Of a DNA stretch of 64,000 nt, positions 1 to 9,319 are shown in pieces (the first letter of the stretch is position 1; every line of letters begins with the position of its first letter). The notes beneath the pieces are model-generated. The model saw only the letters and a list, made by a program, of their open reading frames with translations, ran no database searches and was not told where the DNA came from. A program made the translations under genes and the position numbers. The DNA comes from an uncultured Chloroflexia bacterium (lineage in GTDB: Bacteria > Chloroflexota > Chloroflexia > Thermomicrobiales > UBA6265), in NCBI GenBank assembly GCA_963724295.1, contig CAVRUC010000003.1, positions 96,001 through 160,000 of the forward strand. The letters run 5' to 3'.

Positions 1-91
1 GGCAGTCGCCATGGGCGCCGCCGAGCGTGCGCCGGAGATTGCACGGACAGGCCTGCGAATTGGGGCGCGGGGCCGTGTAAGGGGGGTCGGA

Positions 92-703
92 ATGAGTCAA
101 CGAAGCGCGATGCAGCCCGACGAGGCTGCGCTCGGCGAACGGGCGCTCGCCGCAGGCGGGCTGGCTTTCGAACTTGCCAAGAAATGGTGGGTGCTCCTGC
201 TGAGAGGCATCCTCCTCATCATCATTGGCTTGCTCGCGTTCGTCAGCCCTTTGACCTGGGTAATATTCGTCGGCATCTACATGCTCATCGACGGCGTCAC
301 CATGCTCATCTCCGGACTCAGCGATCAGCCGGCGGGACAGAGTCGGTGGCCGTTGCTCATTGTCGGCATCCTCGGCCTTATCGCCGGTCTGATCATTCTT
401 TGGGATCCGGAATTGGGCGGCGTCACTCTCACCTACGTCATCGCGGCCTGGGCAGTGGTCGGGGGCATTTTTACGATCATCTCGGCCATTCGGGTGCGTG
501 AAGAGATCGACAACGAGTGGTGGCTGGTCCTCTCTGGCATTCTCGCGGTCATCTTCGGCATCCTGGTCTTCACCGACGTCCTGGCCGGAATCCTGACGAT
601 CGCCTGGATCTTTGGCATCTTTGCAGTCGTGGTTGGGATCCTCTCGATCGTGCTGGCATTCCGGGTTCGCGACTTTGGTACACAGATCGGCGCCGTCACG
701 TAG
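92..703 (+). CDS. HdeD/DUF308-family membrane protein
   Basis: Two repeats of WW.LL..GIL.II.G hydrophobic hairpins; ATG at 92 follows a G-rich SD-like run. Confidence 0.85.
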   Translation: MSQRSAMQPDEAALGERALAAGGLAFELAKKWWVLLLRGILLIIIGLLAFVSPLTWVIFVGIYMLIDGVTMLISGLSDQPAGQSRWPLLIVGILGLIAGLIILWDPELGGVTLTYVIAAWAVVGGIFTIISAIRVREEIDNEWWLVLSGILAVIFGILVFTDVLAGILTIAWIFGIFAVVVGILSIVLAFRVRDFGTQIGAVT

Positions 704-730
704 GCGAAAACCAGCCACCCAAATTGACTC

Positions 731-770
731 ACCAACCGGGGCACGGCGCCAGCGTCGTGCCCCGGTTGGT
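731..770 (+). terminator. 15-bp perfect hairpin, probable terminator or mRNA-stabilising stem
   Basis: ACCAACCGGGGCACG(731-745)...CGTGCCCCGGTTGGT(756-770); only a short T run follows. Confidence 0.55.
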
Positions 771-841
771 TTCGCAGCGAGGAGGACCACGCGTTCCCGA
801 AAACCAGCCAACGCGATTGAACGACGAGGAGAGCCGGCGTC

Positions 842-1408
842 ATGTCTGAGAAGCCGTTGATTGCCTTCATCGCCACCTATGATGAGGTCGCGGACGCGCG
901 GCAGGATTATCAGGAAGTCAAGCAGGCGCATAGTCAGGGCCTTATTGGCGACTACGACGCCGCGATTGTCTGGAAGAACGACAAGGGGAAGATCGAGATT
1001 GATTCTGTCGGTGAAGAGACCAGCCGCAAGTGGCTGTGGGCCGGCCTGGGTGTGGGTGCGCTGATCGGTCTGATCTTTCCGCCGTCGATTCTCGCTACCT
1101 CGGCCATCGGCGCGCTCACCGGTGCGGTCATCGGCAAATTCCGCGACGGTATCGCCCAGGATGATCTGGAACAGATCGGTGAAGCTCTCACTGGCGACAA
1201 CGCCGCCCTGGTCGTCGTCGCCCAGGATCGGGTCGCGGAGGCGCTGGACAGGATCGGCGCGAAGCTCGACGCATCCAACAAGCAGATCGAGGCCACCTTG
1301 AGCGCAGATATGGCAGTCGCTGCTCAGCAGCTCCAGGAAGCGATCGCCAAGGCGTCCGAGCAATTGCAGCAACTCACGAAACGTGACGCCGAGCGTGCCT
1401 CACAATGA
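842..1408 (+). CDS. DUF1269-like membrane protein
   Basis: DAAIV.K...GK, glycine-zipper GLGVGALIGLIFPP...GALTGAVIG, then 'L..IGEAL....AALVVV'; SD GAGGAG. Confidence 0.7.
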   Translation: MSEKPLIAFIATYDEVADARQDYQEVKQAHSQGLIGDYDAAIVWKNDKGKIEIDSVGEETSRKWLWAGLGVGALIGLIFPPSILATSAIGALTGAVIGKFRDGIAQDDLEQIGEALTGDNAALVVVAQDRVAEALDRIGAKLDASNKQIEATLSADMAVAAQQLQEAIAKASEQLQQLTKRDAERASQ

Positions 1409-1528
1409 GACGGGATGCCGTCTAGAGCGATCCTCGATCGCGGCGGTTCCCGCCGCAGAAGACCGCGCCGCGATATTCGTCCTATGCTTACCGACGTACT
1501 CGTCTCGGACCCGATCCGGAGAAGCACG

Positions 1529-2476
1529 ATGGACGCCCCCAGCGACACGACGATGGGATCTCCCCTGCTTGTCCCATTCGATGGCTCCGCGCATGCCGAG
1601 AGCGTTCTCCCCTATCTGGCGCTCCTCGCCGACGGAGACCGAGAGGTCATTCTGCTCCAGGTCGTCCCCGAGGCGCATTCCGTGAGCAGCCCGCTGGGTG
1701 ACGTCATGCTCTCCGCGAACGAGCTGCGGCAGGCGACGGAAACGGCCGCGCATGCGGACCTCGCCCGCGCGACCGCGATGCTGACCTCGGTCGGGCCATC
1801 CTTGCGGATCGAGCAACTCGTGGAGACCGGCGATCCATCGCAGCGGATATCGGAGGTGGCGGTCCGGCGCAAAGCACGGGGGATCGTACTTTCGAGTCAG
1901 GGCACCAGCGCGACTGGACTTGGCGGATTCGGCACCGTGGTCGGTCGAGTCGTGTCCATGGCGCCCGTTCCCGTCATGGTCGTGCGGCCCGATGGCATCG
2001 CTCCCGACCCGAATCTCGTCGCCCGTTTCGTGATCGCGCACGACGGCTCGGAGCACGCCGCGCGAGCCTTGCCCCTCGCTCAGGATCTCGCTCGCCGCCT
2101 CTCGGCGCATATCCATCTCATCACCGTGGTCGAAGACGAGGAGAGCCCGATATCGCCAAGTGTGGCGTCCGCCATCGATCCGCACCTGCGCGACGAGGCA
2201 CAGGCAGATGCGCTCAACCTCGCCCGCGACCGCGTTGAGGGCACGGGCGCACAGCTCATGCGGCACGGGCTTCCCGCCTCGTGGCAGGTCCTGACGGGTC
2301 CCGCCGCCTCGGCCATCATCGCGGCCTGCGTCGACCGCGACGTGCTGGTGATCACGTCGCACGGCCAAAGCAACTCACCCTGGGTGCTCGGCAGCGTGGC
2401 CGAAAAGCTGCTGCGTGAGTCCCACGTGCCCGTCATCCTGCTGCGCACGTCTTCGCCAGCGAGTATGGCACCGTGA
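1529..2476 (+). CDS. Tandem universal stress protein
   Basis: Two USP domains (LLVPFDGS...; IAHDGS...TSHG...LGSVAEKLLR..VPVILLR); SD GGAGA before ATG 1529. Confidence 0.9.
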   Translation: MDAPSDTTMGSPLLVPFDGSAHAESVLPYLALLADGDREVILLQVVPEAHSVSSPLGDVMLSANELRQATETAAHADLARATAMLTSVGPSLRIEQLVETGDPSQRISEVAVRRKARGIVLSSQGTSATGLGGFGTVVGRVVSMAPVPVMVVRPDGIAPDPNLVARFVIAHDGSEHAARALPLAQDLARRLSAHIHLITVVEDEESPISPSVASAIDPHLRDEAQADALNLARDRVEGTGAQLMRHGLPASWQVLTGPAASAIIAACVDRDVLVITSHGQSNSPWVLGSVAEKLLRESHVPVILLRTSSPASMAP

Positions 2477-3288
2477 GCGGGCTCGATTGCATTCTGGTGC
2501 CGTTGGACGGTTCGGAACGCGCCGAAGTCGCGCTGAGTTGGGCGTCCGCTCTGCCCGCGCAGCGCGTGCGCCTGCTCCGCGTCTGTCCGGAGCAGCATCC
2601 AGACAGCCAGGCCGCGGCGCGGTATCTCGAGCAGGTCGCGACACGGTTCCAACCGCCGGGTCGCACCATCGAAACTCGCATCGCTCACGGGGGGCCCGCG
2701 GACGCTATTGTCGACGACGCGGCCGACGCCGATCTGATCGTCATGACTACCCAGGGCGCCGGCGGTGGCGGCCGGCTGCTTTTTGGCAGCGTCGCCGACC
2801 GGGTCGCGCGGCACGCTCCGGCGCCCACGTTACTGCTGCGCGGCGGCCACCATCCCGTGCCCACTCAGCCTGTTCAGCGAATCGTGGTTGCGCTCGACGG
2901 TTCGGCGGCGGCCGAGCGCGCGCTGCCGCTGGCGACGATGCTCGCCACCCGACTGCGCGTGCCCGTCCACTTCGTGACCGTTGATGACGCAGGGCAGGAC
3001 CGCGAACATCACTCCGGGCATCAGTCCGCACCTCATGACGAGAAACCCGACGCGTATCTCGAAGCGAAGGCAGCATCGCTTCAGGCCGTCGACATTGCGA
3101 TCTCGACCGAGGTCCGCACGGGACCGGCCGCGACCGAAGTCATGGCTACCCTCGGGTCCGGCGACCTGTTGGTCATCACCACGCACGGCCAGGGCGCGGT
3201 GCGCCGATGGCAGATCGGAAACGTCGCCGAGAAGCTCTTGCGCCAGGCAGCGGCACCGGTGGCCCTGGTCCGGGCGGATACATCCTGA
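2473..3288 (+). CDS. Tandem universal stress protein
   Basis: ILVPLDGS, FGSVADRVAR, VVALDGS, IGNVAEKLLR; GTGA overlap with upstream gene. Confidence 0.9.
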   Translation: MSGLDCILVPLDGSERAEVALSWASALPAQRVRLLRVCPEQHPDSQAAARYLEQVATRFQPPGRTIETRIAHGGPADAIVDDAADADLIVMTTQGAGGGGRLLFGSVADRVARHAPAPTLLLRGGHHPVPTQPVQRIVVALDGSAAAERALPLATMLATRLRVPVHFVTVDDAGQDREHHSGHQSAPHDEKPDAYLEAKAASLQAVDIAISTEVRTGPAATEVMATLGSGDLLVITTHGQGAVRRWQIGNVAEKLLRQAAAPVALVRADTS

Positions 3289-3335
3289 CCGAGGCCCGGC
3301 TGTCTTCGACCAGCGAACGAGGACGAGTAGCGTCG

Positions 3336-5243
3336 ATGCGAACGTGGCTCCTTGTCGCCCTCGCCGCACTCCTGGCCACTTCGAGTCCCGCGATCGAGGT
3401 GGCCGCGCGGCAGGCAACGCCTACAAGCGTGGCGGGCGTTCCGAACTCCTCGCAGAGCCGTCCAGACTGTCCGGTGCGGCAAGTCAGCCCGGCGGATATG
3501 GTCGCGATCCTGGGCGAGCCGGCTCCGGAAGACCCGGACGCGCTCGACCCGCGAGGCGACGCGGTACCTCCCGCTGAACGGTCGACGGTGGGCGATCTCG
3601 TCGCGAGGTGGCAATTGTGCCTGGCTTCCGGCGACATACCGGGCGTGCTCGGGCTCTTCACGGCGGACGGGATCCGTCGCCTCCTCGGGGAGCGCTCACC
3701 CGTCCTTGGCGGTCCGGCGGGACTGCACGTCACCATCCTGGGGGTATCCCAGGTCGAACGCCTACCCGACGGGCGCATCGCCGCCCGCGTCACGGTCGAT
3801 CCTTCGGGCACCGGTACAGCGCCGCCGGAATCTCTGATTGCCATCGTCGAGCAGAGTGGAGATGGCGTTTGGCGCATCGACCACCTTCGCGTACCAGAGG
3901 AAGCGGTTGGCGCCGCCGGCATGGCCGAGCGAGACCCGGATGCCCCACCGCGCGCGCTGCTGCGCCACCCGATTGCGCCCGGTCCGGGAGTGCCGGTGCC
4001 CGCTCCTGGGCTGACGGTGCCGATGCGCGGGGCCGACGTGGCCCGCACCGGTATCCAGTTCGGTCCCGCGCCTGCTCGAGAGCCGGTCGAGCGGTGGCGG
4101 GCGCCCACCGGCTGGCACTCCGACGCGCAACCCGTGGTGGCTCGCGGACTGGTCTTCTTCGGCGGGTTCTCGCTCGGAGAGAGGACTCCGCTGCTGGAAG
4201 CGGTCGACGCCGGCACCGGCGCGGTCCGCTGGCAGACCACCGCACCCGTCGCCTGGGGAGAAATCCCCGATTCGCCAGCGTTGGGCGGCGAAATCGTCTT
4301 TGCTCCCGTGCAGGCGCCCGTCGCCGGGGTGATGGCGGTCGCTGCCGCGACCGGAGAGCCGCTCTGGTTCGCTCCGTTCGGATTCACCTCGGTCACGGCG
4401 CCAGCGGTTGACGCCGACGCGGTCTATCTCGCCGGCTGGGCGATCCGTAACTCGCGGGATCGGACCGAGAACGACGCGTCTGGCGCCCTCTTCGCCCTCG
4501 ATCAGCGCACCGGCCGCGAGCGCTGGCGATACCTGTCCCCCGCTCGATTCGGCCCGGTGTCGGTTGGCAGGAACGCCGTCTACGTTCCCAGTGACCGCGG
4601 GCTCTTTGCTATCGACCGAGCGACCGGCAGCAAGCGCTGGCAGGCGCGGTTCTCCCCGATCGCCGGAGATACGGCGACCGTCGCCGGCGAGTTTGTCGTC
4701 TTTGCCGGGACCGAGATTACCTCCGGCCGATCCGGCGTATTCGCGCTTGACGCCGCCAGCGGCGCCTTGCGTTGGCGTGTCGATGTGCCGCACGCTCCGG
4801 GAGCCCGCACCGGCAGCGCGGCCGCGAACGGCCTCGTCTTCGTTTCATCATGGGAGACCCCACAAGACGACTCCGCATTCGGTACGCCCACATTGCGCGC
4901 CTACGACCTGGCCAATGGGCAGGAGCGCTGGGTGTTCCATGCGAATGGCGCCACGGGTGCAGGGCAGGGTGTCGGGGCCGGATCGATCACCTCGCCGGTG
5001 GTCGCTGGGGATACCGTGCTTTTCGGGGTCGCGGTTCGCGCTCCCGCACCCGGCTTTGCCGGGAACGCGGACGGGTTGTACGCCGTTGATACGGCAACGG
5101 GCCAGGGGCGCTGGCACGCCTCTGCCACCACGCCGATCCGTTCCGCACCGGCGGTCCTCGATGGGACTGTCTACGCCATGGGCGGGCTGCGCGCGCGTGG
5201 AGGCGCGACAGGAGGTAATCTCCTCGCATTCGGCGTCGAGTAG
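3336..5243 (+). CDS. Secreted PQQ-like (BamB-type) beta-propeller protein with unnamed N-terminal two-Cys domain
   Basis: Signal peptide MRTWLLVALAALLA; repeated A.D..TG..RW blades. Confidence 0.8.
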   Translation: MRTWLLVALAALLATSSPAIEVAARQATPTSVAGVPNSSQSRPDCPVRQVSPADMVAILGEPAPEDPDALDPRGDAVPPAERSTVGDLVARWQLCLASGDIPGVLGLFTADGIRRLLGERSPVLGGPAGLHVTILGVSQVERLPDGRIAARVTVDPSGTGTAPPESLIAIVEQSGDGVWRIDHLRVPEEAVGAAGMAERDPDAPPRALLRHPIAPGPGVPVPAPGLTVPMRGADVARTGIQFGPAPAREPVERWRAPTGWHSDAQPVVARGLVFFGGFSLGERTPLLEAVDAGTGAVRWQTTAPVAWGEIPDSPALGGEIVFAPVQAPVAGVMAVAAATGEPLWFAPFGFTSVTAPAVDADAVYLAGWAIRNSRDRTENDASGALFALDQRTGRERWRYLSPARFGPVSVGRNAVYVPSDRGLFAIDRATGSKRWQARFSPIAGDTATVAGEFVVFAGTEITSGRSGVFALDAASGALRWRVDVPHAPGARTGSAAANGLVFVSSWETPQDDSAFGTPTLRAYDLANGQERWVFHANGATGAGQGVGAGSITSPVVAGDTVLFGVAVRAPAPGFAGNADGLYAVDTATGQGRWHASATTPIRSAPAVLDGTVYAMGGLRARGGATGGNLLAFGVE

Positions 5244-5292
5244 GCAACGATGCCACTCGACCTCGAGCGCGGCGCGAGAAGGGTGTGGACCC

Positions 5293-6918
5293 ATGCCGGC
5301 TCAGAAATCGACCTCCCTGTTGAGGAACGTCATCTCCCAGCTCCGCAAGCGAGCAGCCACGACGACGCTCTCGGATTCCACCGGCGCGTCTCTGACCGGA
5401 CGACAGACGCTGCTGCGCGCGCTGGTCCTGCGGCGGCTGCTCCGGCGTGAGCTGGCGGCCGACGAGCGCAACGTTGGAGTCCTCCTTCCTCCGACCGTCG
5501 CCGCGGCGGTCACGAATTTGGCGCTGGCGCTCGATCGGCGCGTGGCCGTCAACCTGAACTACAGCTTATCCGCGGAGCTCGTCCGTTTTTCTCTTAATGA
5601 GGCCGGCCTGCGGCATGTGATCACCTCCCGCGCGTTCCTGGACCGGATGCCGATTGATCTCGGCGAGGCCGAAGTCATCCTCATCGAGGACCTGGCAAAG
5701 GAAGCGTCGGCGATCGACAAGGGCGTGGCAGTGGTGCTTGCCTTCCTGCCGTTGCCCTTGCTGGAGCGCGTCCTCGGTATCTACGCCATCCCTGAAGACG
5801 AGCTGATGACGATCATCTTCACGTCCGGCTCCACCGGGCGGCCAAAAGGGGTCATGCTCCCCTGGAGGAGTATCGAAGCCAACACCGGCATGGTCGACGC
5901 GCTGCTTCAGCTGCGCCGCGACGACGTCATGCTCGGCGTCTTGCCCTTCTTCCACACTTTCGGGTACACGATCACCCTCTGGACCATGCTGGCCATGGGC
6001 GTCGGCGCCGTCTATCACACCAACCCGCTGGAAGCCCGCGTCATCAGCCGCTTGATTCGCGAGCGCGGCGTCACCATCCTCCTCGGTACCCCCACGCTCC
6101 TGCGAGCCTACATGCGCCGGCTGTCGCCTGAGGATTTCTCGTCGGTCGAGATCGTCGCGACCGGGTCAGAGCGGCTGCCACTAGCGGTCGCCGATGAATT
6201 CGAGAGCAAGTTCGGGATCCGTCCCTTCCAGGGCTATGGCGCGACAGAGCTGGGTCCGATCGTCTCCGCCAACGTTCCCGCCGCTCGCGCCCTGGGTGAC
6301 CCCAGCACGGTCTTGCGCGAAGGGACCGTGGGACGCCCCGCGCGGGGCGTCCGGGTCGAAGTCCGTGACCCCGAGACCGGCGCCGTCCTGGGAATCGGGG
6401 AACCGGGTTTGCTGTGGGTGACCGGACCGCACGTCATGTTGGGCTATTTGAACCAGCCCGATCTGAGCGAGGCCGTCCTCGAGGATGGCTGGTACAACAC
6501 GGGCGATGTGGTGACCATCGATGGCGATGGGTTCATCACGATCGTCGGTCGCCAGAGCCGATTTGCCAAAGTGGGCGGCGAGCAGGTGCCGTTCGCCGCT
6601 ATCGAAGAAGCGCTGGCGGCACTTACCGGCGGCAGTGAGGACGGTGCCCCGCGGGCCGTGGTCACTGCCGTGCCGGATGAAGCGACAGGCGAGCGTCTGG
6701 TGGTCATCCACACCGCGCTCGAACAATCGCCTGACGAGCTAGTCAAGGGACTGGCCAATGCGGGGCTGCCGCGCCTGTTCATTCCAGCGCCAGTCGATTT
6801 CCACGAAATCGACACCATGCCGCTGATCGGCATTGGCAAAGTCGACCTCGAAGCGATCAACCGCTTCGCCCGGCAGTTCGCCACGACACGCCAGGCCAAA
6901 CGCGGGGCCACCCGGTAG
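5293..6918 (+). CDS. AMP-binding enzyme, Aas-like acyl-ACP synthetase domain without acyltransferase domain
   Basis: IIFTSGSTGRPKGV, QGYGATE, WYNTGD, RFAKVGGE, GKVD motifs. Confidence 0.85.
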   Translation: MPAQKSTSLLRNVISQLRKRAATTTLSDSTGASLTGRQTLLRALVLRRLLRRELAADERNVGVLLPPTVAAAVTNLALALDRRVAVNLNYSLSAELVRFSLNEAGLRHVITSRAFLDRMPIDLGEAEVILIEDLAKEASAIDKGVAVVLAFLPLPLLERVLGIYAIPEDELMTIIFTSGSTGRPKGVMLPWRSIEANTGMVDALLQLRRDDVMLGVLPFFHTFGYTITLWTMLAMGVGAVYHTNPLEARVISRLIRERGVTILLGTPTLLRAYMRRLSPEDFSSVEIVATGSERLPLAVADEFESKFGIRPFQGYGATELGPIVSANVPAARALGDPSTVLREGTVGRPARGVRVEVRDPETGAVLGIGEPGLLWVTGPHVMLGYLNQPDLSEAVLEDGWYNTGDVVTIDGDGFITIVGRQSRFAKVGGEQVPFAAIEEALAALTGGSEDGAPRAVVTAVPDEATGERLVVIHTALEQSPDELVKGLANAGLPRLFIPAPVDFHEIDTMPLIGIGKVDLEAINRFARQFATTRQAKRGATR

Positions 6919-7087
6919 AGCGCCATAGAGCGTCGTGCATTCCATCATCGAGGAAGCGGCAGATGCCCGAAAGTCGGCTGCCGTGTAGGATGCAGGGTCG
7001 GTGGCCGTCACTGTCAGTCCCCGACTGGGGCTGGTTGGGCGGCATCTTGCCGGCATCCACAGCCGGGGTAGCGAAAGTGAGGGAGAC

Positions 7088-7381
7088 ATGCTCTTCTATT
7101 GCCGGTTCACGTGGTATCCCGGAGTCAGCCGGGCAATGGTGGCGCGGCGGCTGATTCAGCAGCACGAGCTGGGCACGAACCATCCCGAGCGGATCAAAGC
7201 GTGGTACACCCTCGCCGGCGGCGGCGCGGGGTTCATGATTGTCGAGGCCGATCAACCGCACGAGGTCTCGGCGATTCTCGAGCCCTACATGGATCTCATG
7301 TCCTGGGATGTCCACGCCATCGCCGAGACGCCCTACGCGGAAACGATCGAGCAGATGAGGAAAGAGCTCGCGGGCGGCTGA
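7088..7381 (+). CDS. DUF3303-like small protein
   Basis: MLFY..FTW...W....GG.GF.IVEAD....PY.DLM.WDV pattern; SD GAGGGAG. Confidence 0.65.
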   Translation: MLFYCRFTWYPGVSRAMVARRLIQQHELGTNHPERIKAWYTLAGGGAGFMIVEADQPHEVSAILEPYMDLMSWDVHAIAETPYAETIEQMRKELAGG

Positions 7382-7498
7382 CAGCACTCGCGACGATGAG
7401 GCAGCGCCTGGCGGTGCAGTCGAACTGCCGGGCGCTGCTCTCGGGCAACTGCTGACTGGTCCGCTTCGTCCGGCATGTCGCTCTGCGATACTCTCGCA

Positions 7499-8848
7499 AT
7501 GTCATCGACACCAGTTGTCTTTCCCGAAAACTGGGTGTGGGGCGCCGCCACCGCGGCGTATCAGATCGAGGGCGCCGTCCGCGAAGGCGGCCGCGGGGAG
7601 TCGATCTGGGACGTCTTCAGTCATACCGCCGGCACCGTCGCCAATGGCGACACGGGCGATGTAGCCTGCGATCACTTCAATCGGTACCCTGACGACGTCG
7701 CGCTCATGCGCGAGCTTGGCCTCGGCGGCTACCGATTCTCGATCTCCTGGCCGCGCATCTTTCCCAACGGGAGCGGCCGTCCCAACGCCGAGGGTCTCGA
7801 TTTTTACCGCCGCCTCGTCGATGAGCTGCACGCGGCCGGGATCACCCCCTACGCCACCCTCTACCACTGGGACCTGCCGCAGGCACTGCAGGACGGCGGC
7901 GGCTGGGCCAATCGCGACACGGCGCGCCGGTTCGGCGACTACACGCAGACGGTCGCGGCCGCGCTTGGCTCCGGTGTGCAGCACTGGTTCACGATCAACG
8001 AGCCGTGGGTGGCCGCATTCCTCGGCCACTGGATGGGACAGCACGCTCCCGGCACTCGCGATTTTCGCCTGGCGCTGCAGGCCGCCCACACCTTGTTGCT
8101 CGCCCACGGCGAAGCGATGACCGCACTGCGCTCCGAGATGAGCTCGGCCGGCCAGGCGGGCATTGTGCTCAACCTGGCGCCGTGCCAGCCCGCGGGAGAC
8201 ACGAATGCCGATCTGGAAGCCGCCGAGCGGATGGATGGGTTTGCAAACCGGTGGTTCCTGGACCCGCTCTACCGTGGCCAGTACCCCGAGGACATGGTCC
8301 GGCTCTACGGCGATGCCATGCCAGAGATCGCCGCGGGCGACATGGAGCTGATCTCTCAGCCGACTGACGTCCTCGGTGTGAACTACTACATGCGTTCTGT
8401 CGTGGCCTACGACCCGACCGCGACACCGCTCCAGGCTCGCCGCGTCGTTCCGGCCGGCACCGAGGTCACCGCGACGGGTTGGGAGGTCTACCCCCCAGGA
8501 CTGTACGACATCCTGAAGCGAGTCCATGACGACTACGGTCCAGGCCAACTGCTGGTGACCGAGAACGGCGCTGCCTACGACGATGTCGTCGAGGATGGAC
8601 AGGTCAACGACCCGGAGCGCGAGTCATATCTGCACGAACATCTGCTGGAGGCGTACCGCGCGGTCGAGGCCGGAGTTCCGCTGAGCGGGTATTTCGTGTG
8701 GTCCCTGCTGGATAACTTCGAGTGGGCCGCGGGTTACGGCAAACGCTTTGGCGTGATTTACGTCGACTATGCGACCCAAGAGCGGATCGTCAAACGAAGT
8801 GGCCGCTGGTACGCCGGGGTCACGCGGGAGAACGCTATACAAGGGTGA
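7499..8848 (+). CDS. GH1 beta-glucosidase
   Basis: WGAATAAYQIEG, YRFSISWPR, TINEP (acid/base), VTENG (nucleophile), DNFEW. Confidence 0.95.
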   Translation: MSSTPVVFPENWVWGAATAAYQIEGAVREGGRGESIWDVFSHTAGTVANGDTGDVACDHFNRYPDDVALMRELGLGGYRFSISWPRIFPNGSGRPNAEGLDFYRRLVDELHAAGITPYATLYHWDLPQALQDGGGWANRDTARRFGDYTQTVAAALGSGVQHWFTINEPWVAAFLGHWMGQHAPGTRDFRLALQAAHTLLLAHGEAMTALRSEMSSAGQAGIVLNLAPCQPAGDTNADLEAAERMDGFANRWFLDPLYRGQYPEDMVRLYGDAMPEIAAGDMELISQPTDVLGVNYYMRSVVAYDPTATPLQARRVVPAGTEVTATGWEVYPPGLYDILKRVHDDYGPGQLLVTENGAAYDDVVEDGQVNDPERESYLHEHLLEAYRAVEAGVPLSGYFVWSLLDNFEWAAGYGKRFGVIYVDYATQERIVKRSGRWYAGVTRENAIQG

Positions 8849-8995
8849 TGGGGTCGCAGGGTGGCGGGGTGACAGGGTGGCCGGGAGAACGACGAATCAC
8901 CCCAGCCACCCGCCACCCTGCCACCACGAGCGCAGCGAGTCATCACCTTATCACCGTGAGCGCAGCGAACACCCACCGTGAGCGTAGCGAACACC
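8849..8995. repeat. REP/BIME-like intergenic element between convergent genes
   Basis: GGGTGGC/GCCACCC short repeats; 22-bp tandem pair 8952-8973/8974-8995 (21/22 identical); 8912-8947 matches the reverse complement of 52181-52216 at 34/36. Confidence 0.75.
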
Positions 8996-9247
8996 TCACC
9001 CCTCGTCTATCTCGACGCCGTGCTTCTTCGCCGCTTGCTTGATGCGATTCTTGATCGTCTTCACTTCGTCGGCGTCGTACTTGGCCGCGTTGTCCTTGTG
9101 GTTGATATAGCTCCACGCGGCGCGGATATGCTCGGGCGTATCGATCGGGTATTTCTTGTTCGTCGAGTCGGCGAACTCGACGTCGCCATACTCGCGCAGC
9201 CCTTCTTTGGGGCTCACGTCGTCGCGCCGCTCGATCTTCGGTGACAT
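8996..9247 (-). CDS. DUF6582-like small protein
   Basis: YGDVEFAD..NKKYPIDTPEHIRAAWSYIN...NAAKY; SD AAGGAG before ATG 9247. Confidence 0.75.
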   Translation of the reverse strand: MSPKIERRDDVSPKEGLREYGDVEFADSTNKKYPIDTPEHIRAAWSYINHKDNAAKYDADEVKTIKNRIKQAAKKHGVEIDEG

Positions 9248-9319
9248 CGTCGTCTCCTTTGGCTGCATCTCAGGCTACTGGCGACATCGCATAGGCGGCG
9301 TGCCGGTTGCATCCGGCAA

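Noticed and set aside
4408..5292. Long N-terminal extension of the AMP-binding ORF
   Set aside because: Alternative frame of the PQQ gene; Arg/Pro/Ser-rich, not protein-like
8925..8995. Possible mini CRISPR array
   Set aside because: Only two abutting 22-bp units plus a partial copy, no spacers, no cas genes
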